In this document: positions 63,961 to 64,000 of the stretch, one piece after another
How positions within the stretch are numbered: the stretch's first letter is position 1
How the letters are laid out: each line of letters begins with the position of its first letter
Source of the DNA: Squalus acanthias
Taxonomy: Eukaryota
Assembly (NCBI GenBank): GCA_030390025.1
Contig: JASTWF010000362.1
Span: 310,001 to 374,000 of the forward strand
Direction: 5' to 3'
Length of the DNA stretch: 64,000 bases
Position numbers and translations under genes: made by a program
Notes under the pieces: generated by a model
The model's input: only the letters and a program-made list of their open reading frames with translations
What the model was told of the DNA's origin: nothing
The model's database searches: none

Positions 63961-64000
63961 GAAACTATTTCCTCTGGTGGGGGGAGTCCAGAACAAGGGG

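Overview
Repeat-rich vertebrate genomic DNA, almost certainly from a cartilaginous fish (HE1-type V-SINE, SacSINE1-like Deu-SINEs, abundant CR1/L2 LINE fragments). Three spliced coding segments can be reconstructed by hand. (1) The last six exons of laminin gamma-3 (LAMC3, + strand, 3008-7626). (2) A complete six-exon AIF1L gene (+ strand, ATG 14918 to TGA 47186, 148 aa). (3) Beyond a 500-N gap (52653-53152), LAMC3 exons 2 and 3 (LN domain) on the MINUS strand, so the 5' part of LAMC3 lies downstream of, and opposite to, its own 3' end; this is most likely a contig mis-orientation, possibly an inverted duplicate. Other notable points: the gamma-3 C-terminal tail has gamma-1 length but Lys in place of the integrin-binding Glu; a TSD-flanked Penelope-type insert carries a minimal hammerhead motif; there are two TSD-flanked solo LTRs, five hAT MITEs, three divergent copies of an unidentified ~200-bp motif cassette, and several minisatellites expanded in situ from retroposon pieces. 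No prokaryote-type system (CRISPR etc.) is present. Gene and repeat identities rest on recalled sequences, not database searches. Repeat boundaries are approximate unless a TSD is quoted.
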